Assembly: GCF_044324875.1 (NCBI RefSeq)
Contig: NZ_CP172185.1
Strand: one strand, 5' to 3'
DNA from: Escherichia coli
Lineage (GTDB): Bacteria > Pseudomonadota > Gammaproteobacteria > Enterobacterales > Enterobacteriaceae
DNA: 64,000 nucleotides
The translations under genes and the position numbers were made by a program. Below the pieces are notes generated by a model. The model did no database searches, had not been told where the DNA came from, and saw only the letters and a program-made list of their open reading frames with translations. Position 1 is the stretch's first letter. Each line of letters starts with the position of its first letter. Of this stretch, positions 1 to 10,644 are shown piece after piece.

Positions 1-29
1 GGCGACGCCGCGCGCCGCCGTGGGAAACA

Positions 30-548
30 TTAACCACCAAGACCAATCGCCGAGCGCACGCGGTCCGGGAAGACGTTTTTGCCGTCCTTGCGTTCGATGT
101 GGTTCAGTAAATCAATCTCCAGCACCGGACGGTCGTTAATGCTGAGTTTGTAGTAGGTACTCCTGACCGCATAGGTGTGAGACGTGACCTCACCCTGTTT
201 TGCCTCCCCCGTATCAATTTCCGTCACGCGGCCGCGAAGCTCAATTTCATACAGGTCGCTCTGCTCTTCATCGTTGTAGTACTCACCGACAAAGCGCAGC
301 AGCGTACCGTCGATCGTGCCGCCGTACTTAAGGAACAGTTCGCGGGTCGGCCCGCCCATGGTGAAACTCGCATCCAGCGCGCCGTCATCCAGACCAAGGT
401 CGATATTCACCGCGCCGGCCATACCACCACCGCGATAGGCTTCCGTTTTACGGGTCAGTTTGGGGGGCGTGAAGCCGGTCACCCTGCCAATCTGGTTCAC
501 CCCGTCAGTAAACAGCGTGAACACCCTGAGATTTTTTGGTACGGCCAT
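30..548 (-). CDS. P2-family phage major tail tube protein (gpFII-like)
   Basis: 172-aa ORF whose sequence I recognise as a P2 FII-type tail tube protein; its start overlaps the stop of the upstream sheath gene, as in the P2 FI-FII pair. Confidence 0.6.
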   Translation of the reverse strand: MAVPKNLRVFTLFTDGVNQIGRVTGFTPPKLTRKTEAYRGGGMAGAVNIDLGLDDGALDASFTMGGPTRELFLKYGGTIDGTLLRFVGEYYNDEEQSDLYEIELRGRVTEIDTGEAKQGEVTSHTYAVRSTYYKLSINDRPVLEIDLLNHIERKDGKNVFPDRVRSAIGLGG

Positions 549-1830
549 TAAGCACCTCCAAGCGTCGCAAATGCAGGACCAAAGAATTCATCAGTAAACG
601 TCTGGTAAAGTTCCATATCCTCAAGCGGCGGAACGGGCGTGTACTTGTAGCGGATACGCACGCGTCCCTGACGAAGTTCCGTGGTGCTGTTATCCACCAC
701 GTCATACCAGCACTCCGCACCAACGAGACGTCCTGACGTAACCAGCGCATCCAGTTTTGCGCGAATTGCGCTTAACACGTCTTTCACATTAGCAGGGGTC
801 AGCGGGGCATCAATCGTTTCAAACTGCGCTTCCGCAATGGAATCAGCCAGCACCTGAGCGGTTCGCGTGTACACCTCAAAGATATACGCCTTCGTTTCCG
901 GCGTACGGTTGCCCCAGAAGCGGAAACCGTTACGGCAAATGATGGTAGTGATTTCCTTGTTGTTGAGATTGTTGGCATCGCTGTCTTCGGACTGAAGGGA
1001 CCAGAACACCGGGCTGGAAATACCCAGCACATTTCTTACCGGCACGTTGGACAGCGATTTATGCCAGCCCTGTTCGTGGTCAATACGTGCACGTAAACCG
1101 CAGGCGTACGCCGCAGCCGGGAAGACCTCATTAGCGCCGGATTTCGGGTTATGGGCGATGAAGTCCGGCCAGACCAGCATAAGTTCGCGCTCGTTAAATC
1201 TGGCGCGGTAGCTGATTGCATCGGCGGGCTTCTTGCAGTTGTGACAGCCCGCGTAGACAAATGCGCGAAGTTTTTCTGCAATTACACACAGGGATTTTGT
1301 GACAGCTTCAGTATCCAGTCCGGGCGCTGCGATGATGCGCGGACGGTAACCGATGGCATCATCCTGTTCAGCTATCAGAAGTGCATACATACCGGTATAA
1401 TTACCGTCGCCATCCGTGCCACCAATGACATACTGGTCCTGCGTTTTGTGTGGGTATACAGGATGTGCATCTTCAGACTCATCAATACCAAAAAATGCCC
1501 TGTCTTCAGGATCCAGATGACCGAATGATGTAACTCCTGTATCCGGGGCGCCCTGAGAACTGGCATCAGGAACGCGCACCACAATCACCTTCGTGCTCAC
1601 CTGGTCGGCGACAGCCTTAAGCGATTTGTAAAGCGTCCCCTTTGTGCCGGCCTTACCCAGCACATCACTGACGCGGGTCAGCAGTGTGGGTTTGTTCAGC
1701 GGGAACAGAGTTTCATCCGCGTCATCTGCCGTAGCCACAATACCAATAACACTGGAATCCACATCATTAATGGCGGTGGCAAGGCCGGTACTTTCCCTTA
1801 CGCGCGCACCATGAAAGCGTGTTTCACTCA
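548..1830 (-). CDS. P2-family contractile tail sheath protein (gpFI-like)
   Basis: Long ORF 548..1978; start placed at the internal Met (MSETRF...) at 1830; sheath-like sequence, gene order FI then FII. Confidence 0.6.
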
Positions 1831-1992
1831 TATGTTTCACCCTTGTCTGGCTGGTTGATTTTGCGTAATCATTACCCACACACGCGGTAATCTCACCCCT
1901 TTGATGTTGTCTCCTGACAGCGACAACAAAACAGCCATTCAACGCCGCTGCGGTGCATGAAACCATTACAGAACGCACCAGGAGAGAACACC

Positions 1993-3084
1993 ATGAAAGA
2001 GCTGTCAGTTACCGTTCCGTCACCGGATATCGACATCACCATCAACAACAACACACTGGCAAACCTCACAGAGCGACTCATGACGCTGACCCTGACGGAT
2101 AACCGGGCCTTTGAGGCAGACCGCGTCACCCTCACCCTTGACGATACGGACGGGCAGTTACAGTTGCCACCACGTGGCGCACGCCTGAGAGTGATGATTG
2201 GCTGGCGAGGAGAATCACTGGTTAACAAGGGCACCTACGTCGTTGATGAGGTTGCGTGGGAAGGACCTCCAGATAAACTGATCATCACCGCCAGCAGCGC
2301 AGATTTTCGGGAAGAGTTCAACGTGAGGCGGGAGGTATCCTGGCACGACGTGACCGTAAAACAGGTTGTGTCAGCCATCGCTCACCGCTACGGCCTGAAG
2401 ACACAGATAAGCGAAATCCTCATGGATATCGAAATTGACCACGCTGACCAGACCGAAGAGAGCGATATATCCTTCCTGACCCGCATGGCTGAAATGCTGG
2501 GTGCGATTGCCACCGTAAAAAACGGCAGCCTGTTATTCATTCTGCCGGGTGGCGGAACCGGGCCGGACGGAAAAGCCCTGCCTTCGTTCGCCATTACCCG
2601 CAGCAGCGGCGACAGTCACCGCTTTCGCATTGCTGACCGTGATGCGTATACGGGGGTCCGGGCGCACTGGCTCGATCTGAAGTTCGGGCACAAGAAAAAA
2701 GTGAACGTGAAGCGACGCAGGGAAGCCGGGAAACAGAAACAGGAGAAGAGCAGCAGCCGGGAGGGTGATTACATGGAAGGCGCGGAAGGGAACGTCTACG
2801 TTCTGCGCAGGACTTACCAGAATGAAGAAACCGCACGACGTGCAGCTGCGGCAAAGTGGCAGGAGTTACAGCGGGGAGCAGCGGCATTCTCCATCACTCT
2901 GGCACGGGGTCGTGCCGACCTGTATCCCGAAATGCACGGCAGGGTAACAGGTTTTAAAAGCGAGGTGGACAATCAGGACTGGATTATTGCCAGGGTGGAG
3001 CACATCATAGATGAAAGCGGCTTCACCACACAACTGGAGCTGGAAGCGAAAATCCCCGAATGGATAGCAGATTCAGGCGGATAA
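1993..3084 (+). CDS. P2 gpD-like late tail protein
   Basis: ORF 1957..3084; ATG at 1993 is preceded by GGAGAG; sequence resembles P2 gene D product; followed by an ogr-like gene as in P2. Confidence 0.6.
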   Translation: MKELSVTVPSPDIDITINNNTLANLTERLMTLTLTDNRAFEADRVTLTLDDTDGQLQLPPRGARLRVMIGWRGESLVNKGTYVVDEVAWEGPPDKLIITASSADFREEFNVRREVSWHDVTVKQVVSAIAHRYGLKTQISEILMDIEIDHADQTEESDISFLTRMAEMLGAIATVKNGSLLFILPGGGTGPDGKALPSFAITRSSGDSHRFRIADRDAYTGVRAHWLDLKFGHKKKVNVKRRREAGKQKQEKSSSREGDYMEGAEGNVYVLRRTYQNEETARRAAAAKWQELQRGAAAFSITLARGRADLYPEMHGRVTGFKSEVDNQDWIIARVEHIIDESGFTTQLELEAKIPEWIADSGG

Positions 3085-3127
3085 AATTAAAATGAGCCAT
3101 CTCCACTCAGCCAGATAAGGAGAAGCC

Positions 3128-3379
3128 ATGTTCCGTTGTCCCCTATGCGGTGCATCCGCACGTATCCGCACCAGTCGCAATGAAAATGATTCAGGCACAG
3201 TTCGCCTGAAGTACTACCAGTGCAATAACCTCGAATGCGGGATCGGCTTTACCACACTGGAGGGTTTTAACAAATTCACATCAAAACGCGCCCCGTCGCC
3301 GCAGGGTACAGAGCGGATACCGTGGGAAGATTTTCCGGGATCTCACAGGGGGAATGCTCAGATGAATCTTGATATTTAA
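3128..3379 (+). CDS. ogr: Ogr/Delta-family zinc-finger late-gene activator
   Basis: 83-aa ORF with N-terminal MFRCPLCG...YYQCNNLECG Cys4 arrangement typical of P2 Ogr; lies directly after the gpD-like gene. Confidence 0.6.
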   Translation: MFRCPLCGASARIRTSRNENDSGTVRLKYYQCNNLECGIGFTTLEGFNKFTSKRAPSPQGTERIPWEDFPGSHRGNAQMNLDI

Positions 3380-3497
3380 GAACAATAATCAGGTTGAGAG
3401 GACATCATAAGGCAAGTAGATTAACGGCAGATACTTTCCCGCAACCACGGGCAAGTATTTAATTATCCATGATGAAATATGACCTAAATTGTTTTTT

Positions 3498-3524
3498 GCC
3501 CGCCGGAAAGCGGGCATTTTTTTA
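3498..3524 (+). terminator. Rho-independent terminator T1 (GCCCGCCGGAAAGCGGGC + T-run); first of 8 near-identical copies
   Basis: Perfect GC-rich hairpin followed by 7-9 T residues, read directly from the sequence. Confidence 0.7.
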
Positions 3525-3737
3525 TTCTTTTGTGGTTATGGGGTCATCAGGAACCACGTGCAGATTATATTTTTGTTTTTTTGGCGTTCCTCCGGCAGCA
3601 ACGAGTTCATCAATAAGACACTGACACGCCTGAACATCCCGGGCATGTCTTAGTTTCACCTTTATTGATTTAACCTTATCCTCACCGGAGGAGAAATGCA
3701 GTTCAATCTCAATATCGTTTCTTCGGAACAATCTCAT
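3522..3737 (-). CDS. Hypothetical small protein (71 aa) whose N-terminus MRLF[R/H]RND[I/V]EIELHFSSGEDKVKS recurs in the repeat units
   Basis: N-terminal 26 aa conserved in a second copy (ATG at 4907, AGGAGG 7 nt upstream) and partly in a third (around 5550); overlaps antisense to a plus-strand mini-ORF. Confidence 0.3.
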   Translation of the reverse strand: MRLFRRNDIEIELHFSSGEDKVKSIKVKLRHARDVQACQCLIDELVAAGGTPKKQKYNLHVVPDDPITTKE

Positions 3738-3749
3738 ACGCCCCCCTGA
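3696..3749 (+). CDS. Mini-ORF MQFNLNIVSSEQSHTPP (17 aa) with strong SD; candidate leader or small peptide
   Basis: GGAGGAGAA immediately before the ATG; a second copy at 4866..4922 encodes MQFNLNIVSVEQPHKTTS; the third copy has lost its ATG. Confidence 0.25.
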   Translation: MQFNLNIVSSEQSHTPP

Positions 3750-3962
3750 ATATATCAGAAATGCTAGTATCGAAAAATGAGAAAACAGTTAGACAGGAGA
3801 AACATATTAACACAAATCATTTATACCTATAGATGAAATTATAATTTCATTCATGAATATGATAGATAACTATATTGTGAACAAAATGAAAAATGGCTAA
3901 ATTAAAAATGGGCATGGAGGAATGCCCGGTTATCAATATAATGTGACGTAGATCATTGTTTT

Positions 3963-3990
3963 GCCCGCCGGAGAGCGGGCATTTTTTTTG
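3963..3990 (+). terminator. Rho-independent terminator T2
   Basis: GCCCGCCGGAGAGCGGGC hairpin + T8. Confidence 0.7.
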
Positions 3991-4190
3991 CGCCTGCCAT
4001 CGAGGCGCCTTCCCTGGCGCACACAAAGCAGCCCTGATTTTCCATGAAAACTTCAGGGTTGAGCTGCGGGCACAAAGTGAGTAGATTAGCTACGGGTACC
4101 TCCCCCTGACAACAGGAAGGGTGTCCATTATCCATGATATACAAACGAAAAGTCTTGTTTTTTGCCCGCCGAAGCGCGGGCATTTTTTTA
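3990..4190 (+). ncRNA. Candidate ~200-nt terminator-bounded sRNA unit (B1)
   Basis: Begins after T2 and ends with T3; contains internal stem-loops (GCGCCTGCCATCGAGGCGC; CCCTGATTTTCCATGAAAACTTCAGGG); three paralogous copies elsewhere in the array. Confidence 0.3.
4164..4190 (+). terminator. Rho-independent terminator T3
   Basis: GCCCGCCGAAGCGCGGGC hairpin + T-run. Confidence 0.7.
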
Positions 4191-4315
4191 TGCATCAGAC
4201 AAGATACAGCCCACCCCAACTGACACCTGAAATATTGCCGCAACAAAAAGAAACAGTTAAATTACGCGCGGGTGCCTTTCGGCTGATGGCCGGAGGGAAA
4301 ACCTGAAGGCCGGAT

Positions 4316-4549
4316 GTGGAAAGGCCCCGGAAAACATTTCTGTTTAACCGAGGCCCTAACCGCATTACCTTGACAAGTGAAAGGTTAGCGCCTCTCCGGA
4401 AAAGGAGCAAGTGCTATGTCGCAAAAATCGCTTACGGCCATCACGTTCTGCGTGACGGCAATCCTCATCATCTGGATATTGCACGGTTCGCTGTGCGAAA
4501 TACGGATGAGCTTCTGGGGAGCGGAGTTTGCGGCGTTCTTACAATGTAA
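4316..4549 (+). CDS. mok: mok-like overlapping reading frame of hok locus 1
   Basis: 77-aa ORF in a different frame overlapping almost all of the hok ORF, the arrangement characteristic of hok/mok/sok loci. Confidence 0.45.
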   Translation: MERPRKTFLFNRGPNRITLTSERLAPLRKRSKCYVAKIAYGHHVLRDGNPHHLDIARFAVRNTDELLGSGVCGVLTM

Positions 4550-4556
4550 GAAGTAA
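4416..4556 (+). CDS. hok: Hok/Gef-family type I toxin (46 aa)
   Basis: MSQKSLTAITFCVTAILIIWILHGSLCEIRMSFWGAEFAAFLQCKK: hydrophobic TM segment followed by the Hok hallmark SLCEIR motif; GGAG SD upstream; strong terminator downstream (~4650-4690). Confidence 0.75.
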   Translation: MSQKSLTAITFCVTAILIIWILHGSLCEIRMSFWGAEFAAFLQCKK

Positions 4557-5134
4557 GGAAACCGCGACGGGGGAGCAATCCCCCGTCAATCGGTTGCCAG
4601 GGTAAGGTCGATAAGGCACCCTATCTCACAGACATGAACAACAAACCCGCAGCATAAAAACTGCGGGTTTTCTTTTTGGTGTCCTCACCGACTTGAAACA
4701 GTGATCAGACTATAAGACAAAGCCCGCAATGTTGCGGGCTTACTCTACCTCTCGAAAATGTGGTCACTGCGTGGACATACGCTGATACAAATCCTTTATA
4801 TCAATAAATTAAATCTTTGTTTTTTTCATCAACAATGATTTAACCTTATCCTCACCGGAGGAGAAATGCAGTTCAATCTCAATATCGTTTCTGTGGAACA
4901 GCCTCATAAGACAACCTCCTGAATTCATCAGAAACACAGTCAACTGAAAACCAGAAAGCAGACAAACAGTGGACACACATTAATACAAATCATTTATACC
5001 TATAGATGAAATTGCAGTTTCATCTATAACATGACAGGTAACAATATTGTGAAAAAACTCAAAACTCGTTAGATTAAAGACGGACAGAGCAATGCTACTT
5101 TATCAATAACATGTAACCTGTACTTCCTTATTTT

Positions 5135-5161
5135 GCCCGCCGAAGCACGGGCATTTTTTTT
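5135..5161 (+). terminator. Rho-independent terminator T4
   Basis: GCCCGCCGAAGCACGGGC hairpin + T-run. Confidence 0.7.
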
Positions 5162-5360
5162 GCGCCTGCCATCGAGGCGCCTTCCCTGGCGCACACAAAG
5201 CAGCCCTGATTTTCCATGAAAACTTCAGGGTTGAGCCAAAAGCACAAAGACAGTAGATTAACCACGGGTGCCTTCCACCTGACAACAGGAAGGGTGTCCA
5301 GTATCAATGACAGACAACTCACATTGCTGTTTTGCCCGCCGGAAAGCGGGCATTTTTTTA
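5162..5360 (+). ncRNA. Candidate sRNA unit (B2)
   Basis: Paralogue of B1, bounded by T4 and T5. Confidence 0.3.
5334..5360 (+). terminator. Rho-independent terminator T5
   Basis: Identical hairpin to T1 + T-run. Confidence 0.7.
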
Positions 5361-5784
5361 TTCTTTTGTGGTTATTGGGTCATCAGGAACAACATGCAGA
5401 TTATGCTTTGATTTTTTTGGTGTTATTACAGCAGCAACGAGTTTATTAATAAGACACTGACATGCCTGAACATCCCTGACATATCATAATTTCACTTTAT
5501 TTTTTTAGCTTGTCCTTTCTGGAGCAGAAATATCTCAACATCGTTTCTGTGGAACAACCTCATTTGCCCCTGAATGTATCATAAATATCAGCATCGGAAA
5601 ACCAACAGCAATACAGAAGAAACATGTTAATGCAAATCACTTATACCTATAGATGAAATTACAGTTTTGTTCATAAATATGATAAGTAACTATATTGTGA
5701 ATAAAATGAAAACTAGCTAAATTAAACGTGGGCATGGTGGAATGCCTCGTAATCAATAATACATGATCCGTACTTCCTTGTTTT

Positions 5785-5811
5785 GCCCGCCGGAAAGCGG
5801 GCATTTTTTTG
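5785..5811 (+). terminator. Rho-independent terminator T6
   Basis: Identical hairpin + T-run. Confidence 0.7.
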
Positions 5812-6007
5812 GCGGTTACCATCGCCTCACCTTCCTGGTTCACATGAAGCAACCCTGATTTTCCATGAAAACTTCAGGGTTGAGACAAAAGCACAAAGAC
5901 AGTAGATTAACCACGGGTACCTTCCACCTGACAACAGGAAGGCTGTCCAGTATCAATGACAGACAACTCACATTGCTGTTTTGCCCGCCGGAAAGCGGGC
6001 TTTTTTT
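5812..6007 (+). ncRNA. Candidate sRNA unit (B3)
   Basis: Paralogue of B1, bounded by T6 and T7. Confidence 0.3.
5983..6007 (+). terminator. Rho-independent terminator T7
   Basis: Hairpin + T-run. Confidence 0.7.
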
Positions 6008-6210
6008 GGCAGTTATCATAGCCGCACCTTCCTGGCACATATGAAGCAACCCTGATTTTCCATGAAAACTTCAGGGTTGAGACAAAAGCACAAAAACAGT
6101 AGATTAACCACGGGTGCCTGCCACCTGACAACAGGAAGGGGTGTCCATTATCCATGATATACAAACGAAAAGTCTTGTCTTTTGCCCGCCAAAGCGCGGG
6201 CATTTTTTTA
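6008..6210 (+). ncRNA. Candidate sRNA unit (B4)
   Basis: Paralogue of B1, bounded by T7 and T8; its 3' part matches B1 almost exactly. Confidence 0.3.
6184..6210 (+). terminator. Rho-independent terminator T8
   Basis: GCCCGCCAAAGCGCGGGC hairpin + T-run. Confidence 0.7.
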
Positions 6211-6420
6211 TGCATCAGACAAGATACAGCCCACCCCAACTGACACCTGAAATATTGCCGCAACAAAAAGAAACGGGTGCCTTTCGGCTGATGGCCGGAG
6301 GGAAAACCTGAAGGCCGGATGTGGAAAGGCCCCGGAAAACATCTGTGTTTAACCGAGGCCTGACCCTTCCTACCGTGACAAGTGGAAGGTTAGCGCCTCT
6401 TTGTAAAAGGAGCAAGCGCT

Positions 6421-6561
6421 ATACCGCAAAAAACGATTATTGTTGGCATTTTATGCCTGACAATAACCCTGGTCATCTGGATGGTCCACGATTCGTTATG
6501 TGAATTCAGCTTTGATATCTGGGGAGCGCGTTTTGCGGCGTTCTTGCAGTGTAAACCGTAA
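6421..6561 (+). pseudogene. hok: Second hok-like toxin copy with ATG replaced by ATA (possible pseudogene)
   Basis: In-frame translation (I)PQKTIIVGILCLTITLVIWMVHDSLCEFSFDIWGARFAAFLQCKP keeps the TM segment and SLCE motif, but the position of the start codon reads ATA; the mok-like frame (6321..6503) is shortened. Confidence 0.5.
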
Positions 6562-6711
6562 GAAACCGCAGCGGGGGAGAAATTCCCCGCTATCCGGTTG
6601 TTGGGGTGGGCCGATATGGCGCCCTTTCCCTGTAGAGACAAAACAAAAAACCAGATTTGCCCGCCATTGAGAGGGCTTTTTTGTCACCCTCACCAGTGAG
6701 GGCATCATCAT

Positions 6712-6934
6712 TCAGAGGCGCGTAAGCCACCCGGCGTTAACATCCTGCCTGTCAACCCTGGCCGCAGAGTCTGAACGGCAGGTACCGGAAGGAGTACCAA
6801 AAACATCCCTGACAAGTTCCGCCACCTTCCCGATATCATCAGGTGTCACATTCCTCACCTCGGCCGTGATCCGTGGCGTACCATCATCGTTAACAAGAGT
6901 GGCTTTAAAGCTGGTGCGAAGGGAAAACAACATC
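6712..6934 (-). CDS. Hypothetical small protein (~73 aa)
   Basis: ORF 6712..6939; AGGGAGGGG SD before the second ATG; hairpin + T-run terminator on the minus strand at ~6650-6700. Confidence 0.4.
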
Positions 6935-7137
6935 AACATCCCCTCCCTTTGGTTCGTTGCACTGACGGCACGACACCATCAGGAAAAAGAAAAGCCCACA
7001 ACGTCAGTATTGTGGACTTTTTTCTTCAAAGATGGACATTATCTGGACACATGAAAATAAAATCCATTTATTTTCATATAGTTAAGTACCATGCAAAAGC
7101 GCCCGCAGGCGCTTTTTAGATTCAGAAAAATTGGGTA

Positions 7138-8451
<1,314 letters not shown>

Positions 8452-8520
8452 TTAAATGGGAGATGTGGCCACAGCCTGCGACCACAGGGATACAGTAACA
8501 ACATTACCGCAACGATAACA

Positions 8521-9864
8521 TTAACGGTAGCGTTTTATGGGGCTATTTTGATCCTGTTCAGCCAGCCAGGCGAGCTTTTCGCCAATCTTGCCTTCAAGGC
8601 CCCTGTTTGTCGGGAAATAATAGCGTGTTTGTGCTATTTCCGGCGGGAAGTAAACCTCACCGGCAGCATAAGCGTTTGCTTCATCATGAGCGTAACGATA
8701 TTCCTGCCCGTAGCCCATTTCCTTCATTAATTTCGTCGGCGCATTACGCAAATGAACCGGCACGTCATAATCCGGACGTTCGCGAGCATCGGCCAGCGCG
8801 GCTTTAAACGCGGTGTAGACAGCGTTGCTTTTTGGCGCGCAGGCGAGGTAAACAATCGCCTGAGCAATGGCGCGTTCTCCTTCCGCCGGGCCAACTCGGG
8901 TAAAGCAATCCCAGGCCGCAATTGCCACCTGCATCGCTCGTGGATCAGCATTACCCACATCTTCCGACGCTATCGCCAGACAGCGACGCGCGACATATAA
9001 CGGATCGCCACCGGCAGTAATAATTCGCGCATACCAGTACAGCGCCGCATCGGGTGCGCTACCACGTACCGACTTATGCAGTGCGGAAATGAGATCGTAA
9101 AAGCGATCGCCTTTGTTATCAAAGCGGGCGCTACGTTCACCGGCGATTTCGGTCAGTAATTCAGGCTTCAGGACCCGCTTACCGCTATCATCGACTTCGG
9201 CCATATCCGCCATCATTTCCAGCGTATTTAACGCCCGGCGCGCGTCGCCATTCACCACTTCAGCAATGGCGCGTCGCGTTTCATCTGGCAGAACTATATC
9301 CTGACCACCATAGCCACGGGTTTTGTCTTCCATCGCCTGAGTAAGCACCTGCTCAATATCCTCTGTACTCAGGGATTTCAGCAGATAGACACGGGCACGG
9401 GAAAGCAGTGCCGAGTTAAGTTCAAACGACGGGTTTTCAGTGGTTGCGCCAATAAAAGTGATGGTGCCGTCTTCAATATGTGGCAGAAATGCATCCTGCT
9501 GGCTTTTGTTGAATCGGTGAACTTCGTCAACAAAAAGAATAGTGCGGCGACCAGCATTGCGGTTTTGCCGAGCGCGCTCGATCGCCTCGCGAATCTCTTT
9601 CACGCCAGAAGTAACGGCAGAAATACGTTCCACATCAGCGTTCGCATAGCGGGCAATCACTTCAGCGAGGGTTGTTTTGCCGGTACCCGGCGGCCCCCAG
9701 AGGATCATAGAATGCAAATGCCCGGCTTCGATAGCGCGCGGCAACGGCTTCCCCGCAGCCAGCAAATGTTGCTGGCCGATATACTGTGCTAAATTTTCTG
9801 GCCGCATACGCGCGGCCAGAGGTTGAAAAGTATTATCCGAAAAATCGAGCGACAGATTGCTCAC
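8521..9864 (-). CDS. rarA: Replication-associated recombination protein A (AAA+ ATPase)
   Basis: 447-aa ORF with Walker [10 protein letters not shown]; recognised as RarA/MgsA. Confidence 0.95.
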   Translation of the reverse strand: MSNLSLDFSDNTFQPLAARMRPENLAQYIGQQHLLAAGKPLPRAIEAGHLHSMILWGPPGTGKTTLAEVIARYANADVERISAVTSGVKEIREAIERARQNRNAGRRTILFVDEVHRFNKSQQDAFLPHIEDGTITFIGATTENPSFELNSALLSRARVYLLKSLSTEDIEQVLTQAMEDKTRGYGGQDIVLPDETRRAIAEVVNGDARRALNTLEMMADMAEVDDSGKRVLKPELLTEIAGERSARFDNKGDRFYDLISALHKSVRGSAPDAALYWYARIITAGGDPLYVARRCLAIASEDVGNADPRAMQVAIAAWDCFTRVGPAEGERAIAQAIVYLACAPKSNAVYTAFKAALADARERPDYDVPVHLRNAPTKLMKEMGYGQEYRYAHDEANAYAAGEVYFPPEIAQTRYYFPTNRGLEGKIGEKLAWLAEQDQNSPIKRYR

Positions 9865-9874
9865 TCAGGTGCCT

Positions 9875-10486
9875 CTACTTACGTTGATCATCTACCGTGA
9901 CGCCTTGCGGCGGGGTGAAGGTAAATTTCGCTGCTTCCACAGCCCCATTTTGCTGGGATTTCAGTTGATAACTGCTGCGCTGATCGTCCTGCTCCACCGC
10001 GCTAAACTGATGGATCGTGCCATCACGTCCCACGTTAATGGTGAACTGCTTCAGATTGCCATTGCTGGCTTTCGGCGTCAGGACAAAGTCATCGCCATTC
10101 TGTTTGATATTGTACTGCTGCCAGTCGCTGGACTGGTTGCGGGCAATCAGCATAAACGGCGTATTACCGGTGGCATCTTTCAGCCAGGTTGCCGTAGCTT
10201 GCTCAACGAACGGGTTATAGAACCACAGTGTTTTACCGTCAGAAACCAGAATGCTTTCATCAGGTTGAGTCATATGCCAGTTGAATAAGTTTGGACGTTT
10301 CACCCACAGATCGCCCTGACCTTCCTGCACCGCCGCGCCGCTACCGTCAGTCACTTTTTGTGTGAAGCTGGCGTGGAAGCTGCTGACTTTATCCAGGCGG
10401 CTTTTCAGATCGCTTGCGGCATCAGCCCAAACGCTGCTTGCTACTAAGCTTGAGAGTAATGCACAGGTGATGGCAATTTTTTTCAT
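9875..10486 (-). CDS. lolA: Outer-membrane lipoprotein carrier protein LolA
   Basis: 203-aa periplasmic protein with signal peptide; recognised as LolA. Confidence 0.95.
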   Translation of the reverse strand: MKKIAITCALLSSLVASSVWADAASDLKSRLDKVSSFHASFTQKVTDGSGAAVQEGQGDLWVKRPNLFNWHMTQPDESILVSDGKTLWFYNPFVEQATATWLKDATGNTPFMLIARNQSSDWQQYNIKQNGDDFVLTPKASNGNLKQFTINVGRDGTIHQFSAVEQDDQRSSYQLKSQQNGAVEAAKFTFTPPQGVTVDDQRK

Positions 10487-10597
10487 CATTATTCCTCAAA
10501 TTACGTCACTCCCGACCGGGAGTTCCCTCTACTCTCTATTCCAGGCTAATAATCAGCTTGAGGAAAGAAGAAAATACTGAATTTTCAGTTGATAGAG

Positions 10598-10640
10598 TGC
10601 CGGATGCAACGCTACCGCGCCTTATCCGGCCTACGATGCA
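10598..10640. repeat. REP (repetitive extragenic palindromic) element
   Basis: GCCGGATGC...GCGCCTTATCCGGCCTAC motif between lolA and ftsK. Confidence 0.7.
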
Positions 10641-10644
10641 TTAA

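Larger units (their letters stand above)
3490..6690. repeat. Modular tandem repeat array (A units with mini-ORFs, B sRNA-like units, hok/mok modules, 8 terminators)
   Basis: Multiple near-identical 25-200-bp blocks repeated in the same orientation, read directly from the sequence. Confidence 0.85.

Noticed and set aside
1957-1992. Upstream extension of the gpD-like ORF (MKPLQNAPGENT)
   Set aside because: The ATG at 1993 has a proper GGAGAG SD and matches the expected protein N-terminus; the extension overlaps the divergent promoter region.
3400-6700. Possibility that the repeat array is a CRISPR array
   Set aside because: Repeats are long (25-200 bp), irregularly spaced, contain terminators and ORFs, and lack the short fixed repeat/spacer periodicity; no cas genes nearby.
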